64,000 nt of DNA, from assembly GCF_006345805.1 (NCBI RefSeq), contig NC_043005.1, forward strand, positions 105,090,001 through 105,154,000, given 5' to 3'. The notes beneath the pieces were generated by a model, which was not told the DNA's origin, searched no databases, and worked only from the letters and a program-made list of their open reading frames with translations. The DNA comes from Octopus sinensis (lineage: Eukaryota). Below are positions 40,615 through 54,573 of this stretch, one piece after another. The stretch's first letter is position 1. Each line of letters opens with the position of its first letter. A program made the translations under genes and the position numbers.

Positions 40615-41870
40615 CTGTGTGTGTGTGAGCCTCTGTGTGTGTGCGTGTGTGTTTTACTATCGACCCCACCGCACCAGGAGTGGTGAGAGCTTTCTTACAC
40701 TTTATCGTAGTCAGCTGACTCCTTGCGGAGCTGCTACTGTTACTGCTGCTGCTGCTGTTGTCTTTTCTATCTCTTTCTTCCTCTCCTAATAAATTATAGC
40801 GAGTTCTGGGAAGGTAGTAAAAGGGTGGATAAAGAATTACGACAAATACAGAGAAGGGTATTGAAGGGGTGGACTGATAAGAGTAGCTGTTCTAACTCTT
40901 ATAATTCTGCGGTGTAGTGAAAGGAGACGTTGTGTTTATGAAAGGACGGGTTTTTTGGACGGCACTTGTCTTTGGAAAGGTTTCCGCCGAACTGTTAAAC
41001 GCATTGATCGTCTGTCATTGGCAAAGACATAAAGATACGCTGGTATGGTGGCATTGCTTTCTGGTGGACAGTGTTGAAAGCCACATGAAAGCAAACCACT
41101 TGAACAGATAACAATGATACGAAGGAAGTCAACTATAATAATGACAATTATCACGACGACGACGACTGCGGCGGCGGCGGCGGCAACGGCCGCGGTGACG
41201 GTAGCGATGACAACGATGATGGCGATGTCGAAAAAGAAGACGTAGAGGAGAATAACAACAATGTCAAAAGTAATGATGTTACTCTTGCTTAAGGCCGCAA
41301 TTGTTGTTGTTGTTTCTCGTCCCGATGTAGCGGACCTATGTTAAAAGATCATCCACCTTGACCAACCCGTATAACAGCAACTAATTAATTCAAAGAGATG
41401 ATTTATTGAATGACGTACACAAAAGGCTCTCAGTTAATAGAAATTTCCTTCCCGCGGAGAAAAAGGGGGAGATAAGTCATAGAAATTAAAAATTAGTCCT
41501 AGAAAGTTAATTCACATTCTTTGAGAAAGAACAATTCGAGCATTCTTCACAAGCAAAGAGCAACTCTTGGATTGAAATACGTCCATGCTGTTTCTTGCTT
41601 GTAGCTAAATATCAGACGTTCCTCTAAGAATGTTAATAAATTTTGAGAAGATCTCGGTAAGCGGAAACCTTAGGGAAGCATATTTACATATTTTCACGTA
41701 TTTTCTCTCTGCGCATTCACTGTTACTCACTTTTTCTAACTCGAACTATGCTTGCAGTATCTCATCTATAGTATCTGATTCAAACTTCTTGATGTGGTAG
41801 AGGAATTGTAAGTGTAAAACTTATTCTACACGAATCTGTCTTTATTTTTCTATCCCTACCTCTCTCACTT

Positions 41871-41902
<32 letters not shown>

Positions 41903-42280
41903 CATACATACATACATACATGTATATGGTTTTAATTTTAAAGGGGTGTAGACAACTTGCTGCATTGGGTCTTTTAAATGTGATAAGGATAAAGAGGAAC
42001 TCCTCTTTCTTGTCCTCCAATAGTTTCTTCTGCTGCTCTAAATTATTGTAGGATTTAGGTATTTTTTCTTAAATTCATTCTATTACAATAATATCAAAAA
42101 GATGCAATGTAATTATTTTAGTCTCTAGTATTGATGAAAAATTTGCTGTAAAGTTATAACAGAGTCTCCTGTATGGTCGTATGCGTCCGAGGAGAGTGGT
42201 TTATTTCAAATTGATGTAATATTTGCATTGTTCGATTAAATAGAGCCGCTTAAAGCATCCGTAATGCACTGATACATGAA

Positions 42281-43049
42281 CACCCACACCAAAGCTCTTC
42301 ATCCCCTCGTCGCAATTCCTCCGTCTGCGAAGGTTCTGCAGTGACAATCATGACTTTGATACTCACCACTGTCCCCTCACCACTATCCAAACAGCCCTTG
42401 CCAAGGTACGTTCCGTGGACCGTGCCTCTGCTCTCTCTCCCCGCACCCAACCCGCCGTTGCCTGTCTTCCATTTCCCCTCACCTACCACTCCTCCACCAT
42501 GCCCCTGCAACGTATTATCTCCGAGCCTTCCGGCGTCTCTAGTCCAACCCCTCCACCTCGCACATCTTCCGTAACCTACCCCTTCCCTACGTCAAACGAG
42601 CCCACAACCTGCGTGACTTCCAGGTCCACAATTCTTTTCCCTAACCCCACCTGGCTCGGTCCCCTGCTCCCACCAACGCTTCCACACTTGCCCCTACCTC
42701 TCCAAAACCACCATCCTCACAGACACCCATCATCGTCCCTATCATATCACCGACGCCTTTACCGGCACTTCTAGCAACGTCATTTACTGCATTTCCTGCT
42801 CTTTCTGCCCTTCTCTATACATCGGTCAAGCAGGACACCGCTTGGCTGACCGGTTCGCGGAGCATCTCCGAGACATCAGACTCCCGCTATTTCCGCTCTA
42901 CCGGTCATTCACTACAACACATGTCTGTGTTTGGATTGTCTTTGCACAGGGGCCATATGGACTCCTGCCTTTGCCGTGAACAGGAATTGATCTTCTCTCT
43001 TTGCTCCTTTGTGCCACATGAGCTCAACGCGCCCCCTCTCTTCCTTTGA
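42281..43049 (+). pseudogene. PLE RT thumb, linker and GIY-YIG endonuclease remnant
   Basis: SQFLRLRRFCSD, LPFPLTYHSST, KRAHNLRD, NVIYCISCSFCPSLYIGQAGHRLADRFAEHLRDIR (VIY..YIG; YIG at 42818-42826) and REQELIFSL..LN. Several frameshifts and stops. Confidence 0.9.
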
Positions 43050-43770
43050 CTCCCCTCCTCCCATCTCTTCACTTCTACTCACCTCTCCTCTCCTCTAATC
43101 ATCTGATAGCTACTTCTTCACTTCACTCCTACCCACCTTCTCTCTTCACTCCTACCCACCTTCTCTCTTCACTCCTACCCACCTTCTCCCTTCACTGATA
43201 CCAGCGCCCCCAGACACATAACACCCACTGTACTCCCACATCCCTACCCAACCCACATCCCACGCAATACACCCCTAACCCTACTCCACACCTACACACC
43301 CAAACACCACACCACCACACCATGTCACTCCACACTAGCACTAACCACTTCCCAGCAATTACACCACACCATCATCCTCACAACCTCACACACCCACACG
43401 TTATAGACGCACACACTTGCACACGTACTCATCCACACACGTCAAAGTCACTAGCTCCTATCCATACACGCACACACTTACACATTCTAACATGCACACA
43501 CACAGACATCACGCGCACCTTCGTTTTGGGATCACCAATACTTTATTATCTTCCCTTCTTTCAACGTCTCCTGTGAAACTGTTTTCTTTTTTCTAACAAG
43601 AATTTTTAGTCTCTCTGTTTATTTTCTCTTATTCCTTTCTATTGAAGAGCGTAGGCTGGAAACGTAAAATACTTTTTCCCTTTGAAGAGCGTCAAACTGA
43701 TACACCTGCTTATTGTTCATACACCGGTTTCGTCTTTTGTTTTCTGTAAATTTCAACTCACTCTCTCTAT
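42281..43770 (+). mobile_element. 5'-truncated Penelope-like element (Penelope/Poseidon-like endonuclease) with pyrimidine/CA-rich 3' region and degenerate HHR
   Basis: ORF remnant 42281-43049, then a 3' region ending about 43770 at TA/TC repeats. HHR relic CTATTGA-A-GAGC-GTAG-GCTG-GAAA-CGTA at 43633-43671. Confidence 0.8.
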
Positions 43771-43789
43771 ATATATCTATATATATCAT

Positions 43790-44215
43790 CTTTTATTCTT
43801 TTACTTGTTTCAGTCATTTGACTGTGGTCATGCTGGAGCACAGCCTTTTGTCGAGCAAATCGGCCTCAGGAGTTATTCCTTGTAAGCCTAGCACTTATTC
43901 TATCGGACAGTTTTGCCGAAACCTTAAGTTACCTTAAACACACCTTAAACACCTTAAACCTTAAGCCTTAAACACACCAGCATCGGTTGTCAAGCGATGT
44001 TAGGAGGTGGGTCAAACGCACACAAACACATACACACACATGCATTTATATACATATATATACGACGAGCTTCTTTCAGTTTCCGTCTACTAAATCCGCT
44101 CACAAGGCTTTGGTCGGCCTGAGGGTATAGTAGAAACGCTTGCTCAAAACACGGTGAGACTGAACCCAGAACCATGTGGCTGGTAAGCAAGCTACTTACC
44201 ACACCAGCACTCTTG
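43790..44215 (-). mobile_element. SINE family A, diverged
   Basis: Tail, body and head blocks on the minus strand. Confidence 0.85.
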
Positions 44216-44315
44216 TGCCTAGATAATCTGGAACTCGACTGAGGATAGAAAACTCTGAATGACCCGTCCTTGTTTTCTTTGTATCGTCTGTCTGGATGTT
44301 TTGTTGTCCCATTTT

Positions 44316-44348
<33 letters not shown>

Positions 44349-44434
44349 GTAGGTCCCGGGTTGATTCGGGGTTAACCACAGTAAATAAGGTACTCAATAC
44401 ATAGCAGAGTAAAATTAATTTATTATATAGAAGG

Positions 44435-44485
44435 AGCTTCTACAGGACTAGAACTGTTTCATTCAAGAGAAATCTTCAGGAAGCT
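44435..44485 (-). ncRNA. Type I hammerhead ribozyme motif, monomer-competent
   Basis: Minus strand: stem I AGCTTC/GAAGCT; CTGAAGA; stem II TTTC-TCTT-GAAT; GAAA; stem III ACAG/CTGT with 8-nt loop; GUA triplet, cut between 44441 and 44440. Confidence 0.82.
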
Positions 44486-44774
44486 AGTTAACAAGAATTG
44501 TATTGGCATTTATACATTTAGGCAGGTTTAAAGGGGTGGTGGTGGGGGACTTTTTGGGGTAGGCATAGCGCAAAAAACATACTTGGGGGAGTGGTCAAGG
44601 AGTCAGTGGTAAATTAGATAGAAGAATAAATAAAGAATAAAAAAAGAATAAAACAAATATATAGAAGAATAGAGTTTTAGGTAAATAAGGACATTCTCAC
44701 TTATACCTATACACATATGTATACATATATACACACACACACATATACATACACACATACATACACACACACCC

Positions 44775-44807
<33 letters not shown>

Positions 44808-45519
44808 CATATACATACATATATCTACATATATATATATATATATATACATACACATATACATGCATATACATATACACACACACATGTATATATACAC
44901 ACACACGACCACACATACACATACACACAAAATAATATATACATACACACACATACACATACACCATACACACACAAATCCACATACCACATGCACACAC
45001 ACACACACAAGTCCTATATACTCTATATAACATATAAACATATATGTATATATACATTATATATATATATATATATATATACATACATATGTACCTATTC
45101 ATACCTACACATACACACATATATACATACAAATACAAACCCATTCCCTAATTTTAATTTTATTATCTTCATTTATTACTTTTGTTATCTTTGACCGCTG
45201 GTCACAAGCATCATGGCTACGACAGCTAGTCCCTTTTATCTTTCTACTTGAGCACAAGCACTCACTCACGCACGCACACTCACTCATTCGTACACTCATA
45301 CACATACACGCACGCACGCGTTATATTCATACATACATACATCTACATACATACACGTATATACACATACGTACGCGTACCTACAGATTCATGTCTACAA
45401 TCTTAGAAGACTAGTCTATACGTATACACCAATAAATATATATACACACATACATATACACCTACATACAAATACATACATACATATATATACACACATA
45501 TATATATACACATACACAG

Positions 45520-45561
<42 letters not shown>

Positions 45562-46108
45562 TATCCGCATACATACATACATACATACACCCATACATAC
45601 ATACATATATACACACATACACACACCCACACGTATACATATACATACATATACGCGCATGCATACACATACAAATACATACACATACACATATACATAT
45701 ACATACATACATATATATATATATTATATATATATATAATTATATATATATACACACATACATACATATACATACATACATATACATATATACACACACA
45801 CATACATACACATATACACATACACGCACATACACATATACATGCGTCCCATACACACACACACGCGGCGCATCCATATATACACATAAGTACACACATG
45901 CGTAAAAGTATACATATATCTATGCTACAATACACACACACACACGCCACTCCTTATGTTCATACTTACATGCATACTCAAAAAATAAATAATAAATAAT
46001 AAATAATAAATATTAAGTATATATACGTGCAGTTACCTATTATACAGACGGATACATACATATAAACTTACACATACATATAATATATATATATATATAA
46101 TATAATAT

Positions 46109-46142
<34 letters not shown>

Positions 46143-46574
46143 CACATACTTACACATATGTACACATACATACACACATACATAACTCTACGTACCTACA
46201 TATACCTAAACACACGAGCGTACACGTATATGTACATATACACATACACATACACACACATATATACATACATACATATACATACAGCATATATAGTACA
46301 CATATATATATATATTATATATATACATATATTATATATACATTACACACATACACACATATATACATACATATACATACCACACATACACATACACACA
46401 CATATATATATATTATTACATATATATATATATACACATATACATATATATACATATACACATACATACATACACATACATATACATATACACACATACA
46501 CACACACACATACATATGTACACACACACACCACATACACATACATACACACATACATACACATATATATACAC

Positions 46575-46629
<55 letters not shown>

Positions 46630-46931
46630 GATATATATATATACACATACATGTGTGCAAACATACATACATACTCATACACACTCACACACTTACATAT
46701 ACATATATACACACACTTACACACACACACACATATATATATATATATTATATATTATATATATATATTATATATATACATATATATATATATATACATA
46801 TATATACACAACATATACACACATACACATATGTACACATAAATGAAGATAATAAAATTAAAATTAGGGAATGGGTTTGTATTTGTATGTATATATGTGT
46901 GTATGTGTAGGTATGAATAGGTACACATATG

Positions 46932-46980
<49 letters not shown>

Positions 46981-47527
46981 TTGTGTATATGTATATATGA
47001 GTATATAGGGACTTGTGTGTTGTGTGTGCATGTGTGTATGTGGATTTGTGTGTGTATGTGTGTATGTGTATGTGTGTGTATGTATATATTATTTTGTGTG
47101 TATGTGTATGTGTGGTCGTGTGTGTGTATATATACATGTGTGTGTGTATATGTATATGCATGTATATGTGTATGTATATATATATATATGTAGATATATG
47201 TATGTATAGTATGTGTTATATATATATATATATATGGGTTGTGTGTAATGTATGTGTGTATGTATATGTGGTGTGGTGTGTATATGTATACATATGTGTA
47301 TAGGTATAGTGAGAATTTCCTTATTTACCTAAAACTCTATTCTTCTATATATTTTTTTTATTCTTTTTTTATTCTTTTATTTATTCTTCTATCTAATTTA
47401 CCACTGACTCCTTGACCACTCCCCCAAGTATGATTTTTTTGCGCTATGCCTACCCCCAAAAAGTCCCCCACCACCACCCCTTTAAACCTGCCTAAATGTA
47501 TAAATGCCAATACAATTCTTGTTAACT

Positions 47528-47578
47528 AGCTTCCTGAAGATATCTCTTGAATCAAACAGTTCTAGTCCTGTAGAAGCT
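47528..47578 (+). ncRNA. Mutated inverted copy of the 44435-44485 hammerhead (probably inactive)
   Basis: Identical layout, but GAAA reads CAAA (47553-47556) and stem II reads TATC instead of TTTC. Confidence 0.7.
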
Positions 47579-47631
47579 CCTTCTATATAATAAATTAATA
47601 TATATATATATTTATATATACATATATATAT

Positions 47632-47687
<56 letters not shown>

Positions 47688-47727
47688 CTGTGTGTGTGTT
47701 GTGTGTGTGTGTGTATATATATATATG

Positions 47728-47758
<31 letters not shown>

Positions 47759-47791
47759 CTCAAAATAAGCAACAAGAATGACTCCGGTAAT

Positions 47792-47875
47792 TTGGTACGA
47801 TCGTTTCGTACTACATCATTTTATTAAATCTTGTAACTATTACAAGTTTTAAAATGCTGAGCACTCATCAGCCAA
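47792..47875 (-). ncRNA. Type I hammerhead ribozyme motif with a 57-nt extended stem II
   Basis: Minus strand: stem I TTGG/CCAA; CTGATGA (47871-47865); stem II GTGC/GTAC, CATTTTA/TAAAATG and CTTGTAA-TAG-TTACAAG; GAAA (47807-47804); palindromic ACGATCGT stem III; GUA triplet, cut between 47796 and 47795. Confidence 0.8.
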
Positions 47876-48593
47876 TTATAGAGGTTTTCCATTAATACAA
47901 AAATTTTCATATCAGGTGGCAATATTACAGAGAAGGTAGATATATAGACAAAGATGTGGATTTAAAATTTAAGAACACTTGAGATAGTGGACCCCATCAA
48001 CTGACTGACTAAGATTAGGTTGTTCCAGACTACTGTAATGTTCTGAGATGGAAGAACAAATGAAAAGAGACAATAAAGATTTTCTCATTGTAGAAATGGG
48101 GTAAAGGGGATTTCACAGCTCCATATAAGGAATTTATGTAGAAGACAGCATTGTCACTACTAAATGCCAATTACTACTATTTGATGAATAGATTCGGCGT
48201 TAGGAGAACTAGGTCAATGTCAAGTGGTCACAATAACATTCACACTAAGAAATAACAGACACAGAAAAGCTGAATAATACAAATGAACTCATAAGCGGAG
48301 TAAATAAAATCGAGATGAAAATGAACAGAATATTTATAACGCATGTATTTGTATAGTAGAACCAGTATCATCAGTCATCAAACTAAACTGCCAGAAGAAA
48401 AAAAAATACTCAAGGCGTTTGAAGGCTGCCCTCTTTTTCGTATGTTATAGTTCACCAACGTTGCAGAAACCTCTAAACCCTAATGATTCTAGAAGCAGTT
48501 TTGCTGTTTTCTAGCTGAAACATCTTAGAAGTTAGAAATAAAATTTGAAATATAGTACACATACATACATACATACATACATACATACATACA

Positions 48594-48627
<34 letters not shown>

Positions 48628-49812
48628 CATACATACATACATACATACATACGAGTACATACACTTTCTCAAAATACTGAAAACACGCACACAACACATG
48701 CAAAAATACCCTGTTGTTGATGTTGAAATTCCAATGAAGGAGCCCTGGATCAAGGTTAGGAACTAGCATTTTCTCTAATGGCAAGAAATCTTGAAATAAA
48801 AGTGAATAATGACATACATTCATACACAGACAGAAGGGAAAGCACGTATTTTCATACGTGTGATCAACTAATCCCCGTAGCAGTCTGACAAAAGGTTTTC
48901 CACCAGACATTGTTGCAGACCATATATTCTTCGCTCTCCAAGGACGCCATATTTGACCAACTCGGTTTGCTGCTGAACTTGTAAGATTGTTACAAGCGTT
49001 AAAATTTCAACCTTGCCATCCATACCAAGTGGAACCAAATTACCACCTTATTTCTTACTGTTATAAGAACAATAAAGAGTATATTTTTTACTGTCGCGTT
49101 TGTGTTCTTTGACTGGTAGAATCTGGAAATTTAAGCAACGGAAATTGTGAATGCACCAGTTGCACCCTAAAAGTGCAAGAAGCAACCTATTTCCGTTACA
49201 CCTCTAAAAGCTTTACGTTGGTTAAATAGCTGATCTACAGCTTCATTTATTTTGTTGGTTGTTCACTACTGCTATGTTTACTGTATGTATACCACTGTCA
49301 TCATGACTGCCAAAATACTATGCCATCTGGTACCTACGTTGCGCCCCGGTACACTCTTACCTGCATTTCTGAGCTCTGTTGCTTAATTGACCTTACGGCG
49401 CTAAGCTCGACAACTTTTGCCGAAAGTGTTGGCTGGTAAGCTTCCGCACGGTACCGTATCTTAAGATCAACGTTCATTTATATACCATCGGCTTGCACCA
49501 GTTCATAGTTTCAAAGGTGATACAGGAGATACACCTATTGTCGTTGTGGAACTATGTTCAGGTAGCATGAATATAACAGCATGATGTATGCACCTCCGAG
49601 ATACGGAAACACAAGCACACACACGCACGCACACACACACACACACACACATATACACGTGTATCTGTGAATGTTTGGGGGTGGGGCGGCACAGACAATA
49701 TATTCGAAATTTTATTTGTAAAGAGAGTTACCTTGATATGTTTAATAAAATATAGTTAGCCTCAATCTGAAAATAAACCGTGTGTTTAATCTCGAGACTC
49801 AGGATAAACGGT

Positions 49813-49858
49813 GTGATCGACTGGTTTCAGTTTTTGTTAAATTCTCGTCAGGATTCAC
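49813..49858 (-). ncRNA. Type I hammerhead ribozyme motif, minimal, with weak stem II
   Basis: Minus strand: stem I GTGA(A)TC/GATCAC; CTGACGA (49851-49845); GAAACCAGTC (one change from palindromic GAAACCGGTC); GUC triplet. Confidence 0.6.
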
Positions 49859-50854
49859 TTCTTCCCAGACAATGTCGTATTATTACACAAATGCATATAA
49901 GATCAGGATTGACCTGACAATATTTACATAGCAGTAGCAAGTTAGCGGTGCATATGAATTGACCGGAGCCTGACCGAATGGGTCTCACATTAAATTTGTA
50001 AACAGATTTGAACCATGTGGGTAGAATAATCGTACATACCTGCGTGCGTGCGCGCGTGTGTGTGTGTGTGCGCGTGTGCGTGCGCATGAAGAAGAAGAAG
50101 AAGAAGAAGAAGAAGAAGAAGAAGAAGAAAAGAAGAAGAAGAAGAAGAAGAAAGGCTGCTTTGTGCGGCCTAGAATGGCTTGATGAGTGTATTATGTAAT
50201 TTTTACTAAGCCCACGGAACAGTCTATAGCCAATAACCATTGTAATCTAACAGATTATTGTATTACACAATTAAGCCCCATCAATCAGCCTTGAGTGCTT
50301 TCGTTTCATATATACGTTAAACTCGTTTCTATTGATACACACACTTACAGACATACACACACATATATATATATGAGATATGTAAGATAGATAAATAGAT
50401 AGAAGAGAGATATAAAGAGATGAAGAAAGAATTAAAAAAAGAAAAACTATTGCTCAACAATAATATATTATTATATGTATGTAGTGTAGAATATGAGAGG
50501 GAAGGATAGAGAACGAAGGCAGAGACTGAAATGAAAGGTTCAGGAGAGAAAAAAAATGACAGGAAAAGAGTGTTTTGTATTGAAGGGACACGGAAAGTAA
50601 AAGGACCGGATATGAGTGAAATGTAATAATATCTGAGGGGGTAAGGCAGAGGAAGAGAACGAGGGGGGAGGAGGAGCCAATGTTATTTGTCGCTTTAGAA
50701 AACTTTCTGGAGGTCTGCATTGACGAAGGGTGAATGGGCGTTCTGTGTAAAGTAGGTTATTAATTTGGACTTTAAAAAAATAAATTGAAAAGATCCCGTG
50801 TGTTTAGAATGCTTAGAAGTACACAGTCCACTGTACACATACTCCTACTATTAT

Positions 50855-50899
<45 letters not shown>

Positions 50900-51441
50900 A
50901 TATATACAGATATGTATGTACATACACACATACATAAATACACACACACACACACACACACACCTGCACACACACGCACGCGCACACCACACACTCATAT
51001 ATATATATATACATTCAAACACGTGCACCCACATGAATTATACCAACGAGAATGAAAATAAACAATAACAAATACATGTGCTAGTGTGTGTGTGTGTGTG
51101 TGTGTGTGGGGGTGTACGCGTGAATGTATGTGTGTAATAGCATACACATACAGACACGCTCACGCACACTCATACCCATCAAGCTTTTTGCCTACAAACC
51201 TATTCACCTGCCTGTCAAAATTTACCTGCGGTCTGTATTGTAATCTATGTTATCACATAACGTGCGCACGCACAGGTAAACACATACACCACATACAAAC
51301 CACACACACACACACCACCACACACACACACACACACATATAGGTGTATGTGTGTGTGTATGCGTGTGACGATAGGTAGGTAGAAAGATATACACAAATA
51401 CTTATATGTGTGTGTTTTAGTGTGTGTGCGTATGTGTGTGT

Positions 51442-51485
<44 letters not shown>

Positions 51486-51668
51486 GGACACACACTTACA
51501 TAAACATGCACACACACACACATGCAAACACATATGATGGAAAGAGAGAGAGAAGGAGAATGAGTGAGAGAGTGTGAGGAACAGAGGGTTAGTGTGACGG
51601 GGTGGCAGGGTGACAGACAATAGAAGCTGTGTGAAGTTAGTCGTTGTTTCGGGTGGATATAACGTGGG

Positions 51669-51700
<32 letters not shown>

Positions 51701-52599
51701 GGAGGTGGTGGTGGTGGGAGGAGTAAAGGTTTAAATGAAGGAAGTGACATGAAAGTATTTTTGACCAGGAAGTGGACGTACAGACAGATGTGATTGAATA
51801 TAAATGTAATTTTTTGTCCCTATATTTTTATCCTACTTTGTCCAATAATAGGGGAAGAGGGGTATTCACAACGCACCTCCTTTCTCCTATTCATTTTTCT
51901 CCTTCTTCATTTAGCTTTCATCACATCCGGGTATTTACCAGCGGTGAGCTCACTAAATCTTTTGTGTAGAGAGATTATCCTGTTCTCTTTCATTTTTATT
52001 TTTTTACACTACTTCTAATATTCTTCGTTTAATTACTCTTTATTAATTAATTGTGATAGGAAAATGGAATGAACGTCACTTCATCCATGTTTCCGCCTCT
52101 TTAAAGTTTTAGGTATCGGACATATTGTTAAGATGCAAAGATTAAGAAAAAAAAAATGATGACAGGACTGCAAGTAGTTCGAATTCGCCCTCGGATTTTT
52201 ATATTACCCCCTTCCTGTTTCATTTTAAACTACTTTGCTAGGTTTTTTTTTTGGCCCCCCTTTATTTTCTGCGATCATATCTCCAATATCGTATTAATTT
52301 TTCCAGGGTGGATGAAATAAGTACCAGTCATGTTTTGCAGTCATGTAATGGCCAAATGGTCAAGATGTTCGCTTCGGAACTATAATTTGGAGAAAATATA
52401 ATTTTCTACATCATCAGACGACCCATACATTGTGAGTAAAATTGGGTAGCCGGAACTGTATAAAAGCTACAGCTTTGTCACATATTGTGTCATCCAAATT
52501 AAAGGTACTTGTGTCTGTAGAATAATCAGCTACTAACAGGCTAATAACAAGAGTAGGTAATTCAGCTTCACTGAACAACTAAATCCTCCTCATCGAAAT

Positions 52600-52630
<31 letters not shown>

Positions 52631-53393
52631 ACTAGATAGTGGGCGTCCATTTGACTGGCATAACAATCCCTGGTAAGAAGTTTGTTTCTCTACCACATGG
52701 CTCTGGATTCAATCCCACTACATGACACCTTGGGCAAGTATCTTCTACCATAGCCTCTGGTCGACAAAAGCCTTGTAAGTGGATTTGGTAGACTGAAAGA
52801 AACCAATCGTTTATCTATATGTATATATACATAATAACATAATATGTAAATATATGCATATATACATATATATATGTACATACCTACATATATATGTATA
52901 TATACTTGCATATATGGGTACAGGACATCAAATAAACGTTGAACACAATGAGAAAGGAAAGCATAAAAGCAAAAACATAGAAACGAACTTTTTTCAAACA
53001 GCGAAAAAAAACACCCAGAGAAACGAGACATACAACATAAAGAATATTCCTCTTCTTCAGTTGTCCCTGTTTCATCTACTCCACGTTTTTCGAAGGTAAG
53101 GACAAGACGTGACTTCGTTGAAATAGCCCTTCCCGCAAAGCAAATTAAATAAAATTTGGGATTTTTTGCGGAGGGTGAAAGTGGTAACGAGAACAGGACA
53201 TTGGGAACAAAACAGTAAAAACAAACGATGAGGGTTGTTAAGTCAAGGCGATGGAAAAAGCATTCTGAACGTTTAAGGGGACGAGCTTATGAAGAGACAG
53301 GATATGACCGTTTAGTCTTTGTGAAAGTAGTAGTCGGAATCATACACACGCATAAACACACACACACACATAGATATACACACACACACACGC

Positions 53394-54469
53394 ATATATA
53401 TATAAATATATAAATGGCAATTTCTGTCTGTCTGTTACTATCTTACTGCCTACACCACTGGACCAATCTTGACGAAACTTTGCATACATGTTAAGCTAAA
53501 ATCAAGTTGAATCAAAGGCTAATTGGATTTTAATAAAAATCGGCCTCCTAGATGGGTTGGGATATTATTTCATAGAGTGAGAATTACATTTATAATGTGA
53601 GGAAAATGTTGTGGCTTACTAAGTGTGGGTGATATCAGGGAAGAGGAACAAAGTTTTGTAAACACAAATATGGAGTGGCAGTGGGATTATAACGTTAATG
53701 CAACTCTCATTCCCGGGTATTCACACGACGCTGCATACATTCGTCAATATATAGATAGATGCACGCACACATACATGCATATATATACATATATACGTAT
53801 GTCTACTATACATCCTTTTAAACTGGTGATTACCTGTGTACTTTTGTAAATGTGTGTGTGTGTGGTGTGTGTGTGTGTGTGTGTCAAGTCTTATAACCAC
53901 CCGTGTCTCTACTTTTGTAGGGTCTTCTCTGTTGCAGTCATATATTGTGAAATTTTATAATTACGTCAAAATTTTCAAATTTAGTATATTGAAATAATTT
54001 TTCCAGGGTAAATCCGATTTTGTTATTTATTTGTTCCAGGAATAGTGCAGAAAAATGTTACTGAGGTTTAAACTTTAATCAATTTTACCTATTCAGAACA
54101 CAGGATTAGGAAGCTGGTATTTTCTGCATGATAGCTGTCTGTCAAAAAATGAAAGCAAAATCATTATACGAGGAGGAATTCTTATTAAACAAATGAAAGC
54201 AAAGCATTACGATGACCTCAATTGTAAGAACTTCTGCAGTTTTAATAAGTTTTAATGAATAAAGTCATGTGAAACGGTCGAACAAACTTGTAAATAATTA
54301 AAAAAGGAAAAAATACTCAACGAAGTTTCTTGGCGAAAAATTGCACAAATCTACCCTAATCAAGAGGCCTATCTCTCGGAGAAGGCATGGCCTGACGTGG
54401 AATAAACAAAATTTTATATAAGACAATATATTGTAAAAACTACCCGGCAACGACGGGCTATTCAGCTAG
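53394..54469 (+). mobile_element. Non-autonomous Helitron
   Basis: 3' hairpin CCCG-GCAACGA-CGGG (54443-54457), then CTAG|T (54466-54470). 5' region TATATAAAT..TCTGTCTGTCTG..CCACTGGACCAATCTTGACGAAACTTTGCA resembles animal Helitron-N 5' ends. The 5' boundary is approximate. Confidence 0.7.
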
Positions 54470-54542
54470 TACACGCACACATAATATCATAACATTCTAT
54501 ACATATGCACACACAAAAACACACACACACACACACACACAT

Positions 54543-54573
<31 letters not shown>

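Larger units (their letters stand above)
44346..47599 (-). mobile_element. Large fold-back PLE-type insertion with about 760-bp inverted arms and microsatellite-rich interior
   Basis: 44414-45176 is the reverse complement of 46839-47599 (unique blocks plus CA/TA tracts). An unpaired 68-nt tail lies at 44346-44413. Each arm has an HHR motif. Confidence 0.7.

Noticed and set aside
32946-44260. CTGAGGA..GAATGACCCGTC in both family E copies as a hammerhead
   Set aside because: GAAT instead of GAAA and no complementary stem I. At most a remote relic.
49361-49432. 72-nt phase-0 candidate exon on the minus strand (PTLSAKVVELSAVRSIKQQSSEMQ) with a strong CAG|GTAAGA donor
   Set aside because: Poor acceptor and no recognisable homology; cannot be supported without transcripts.
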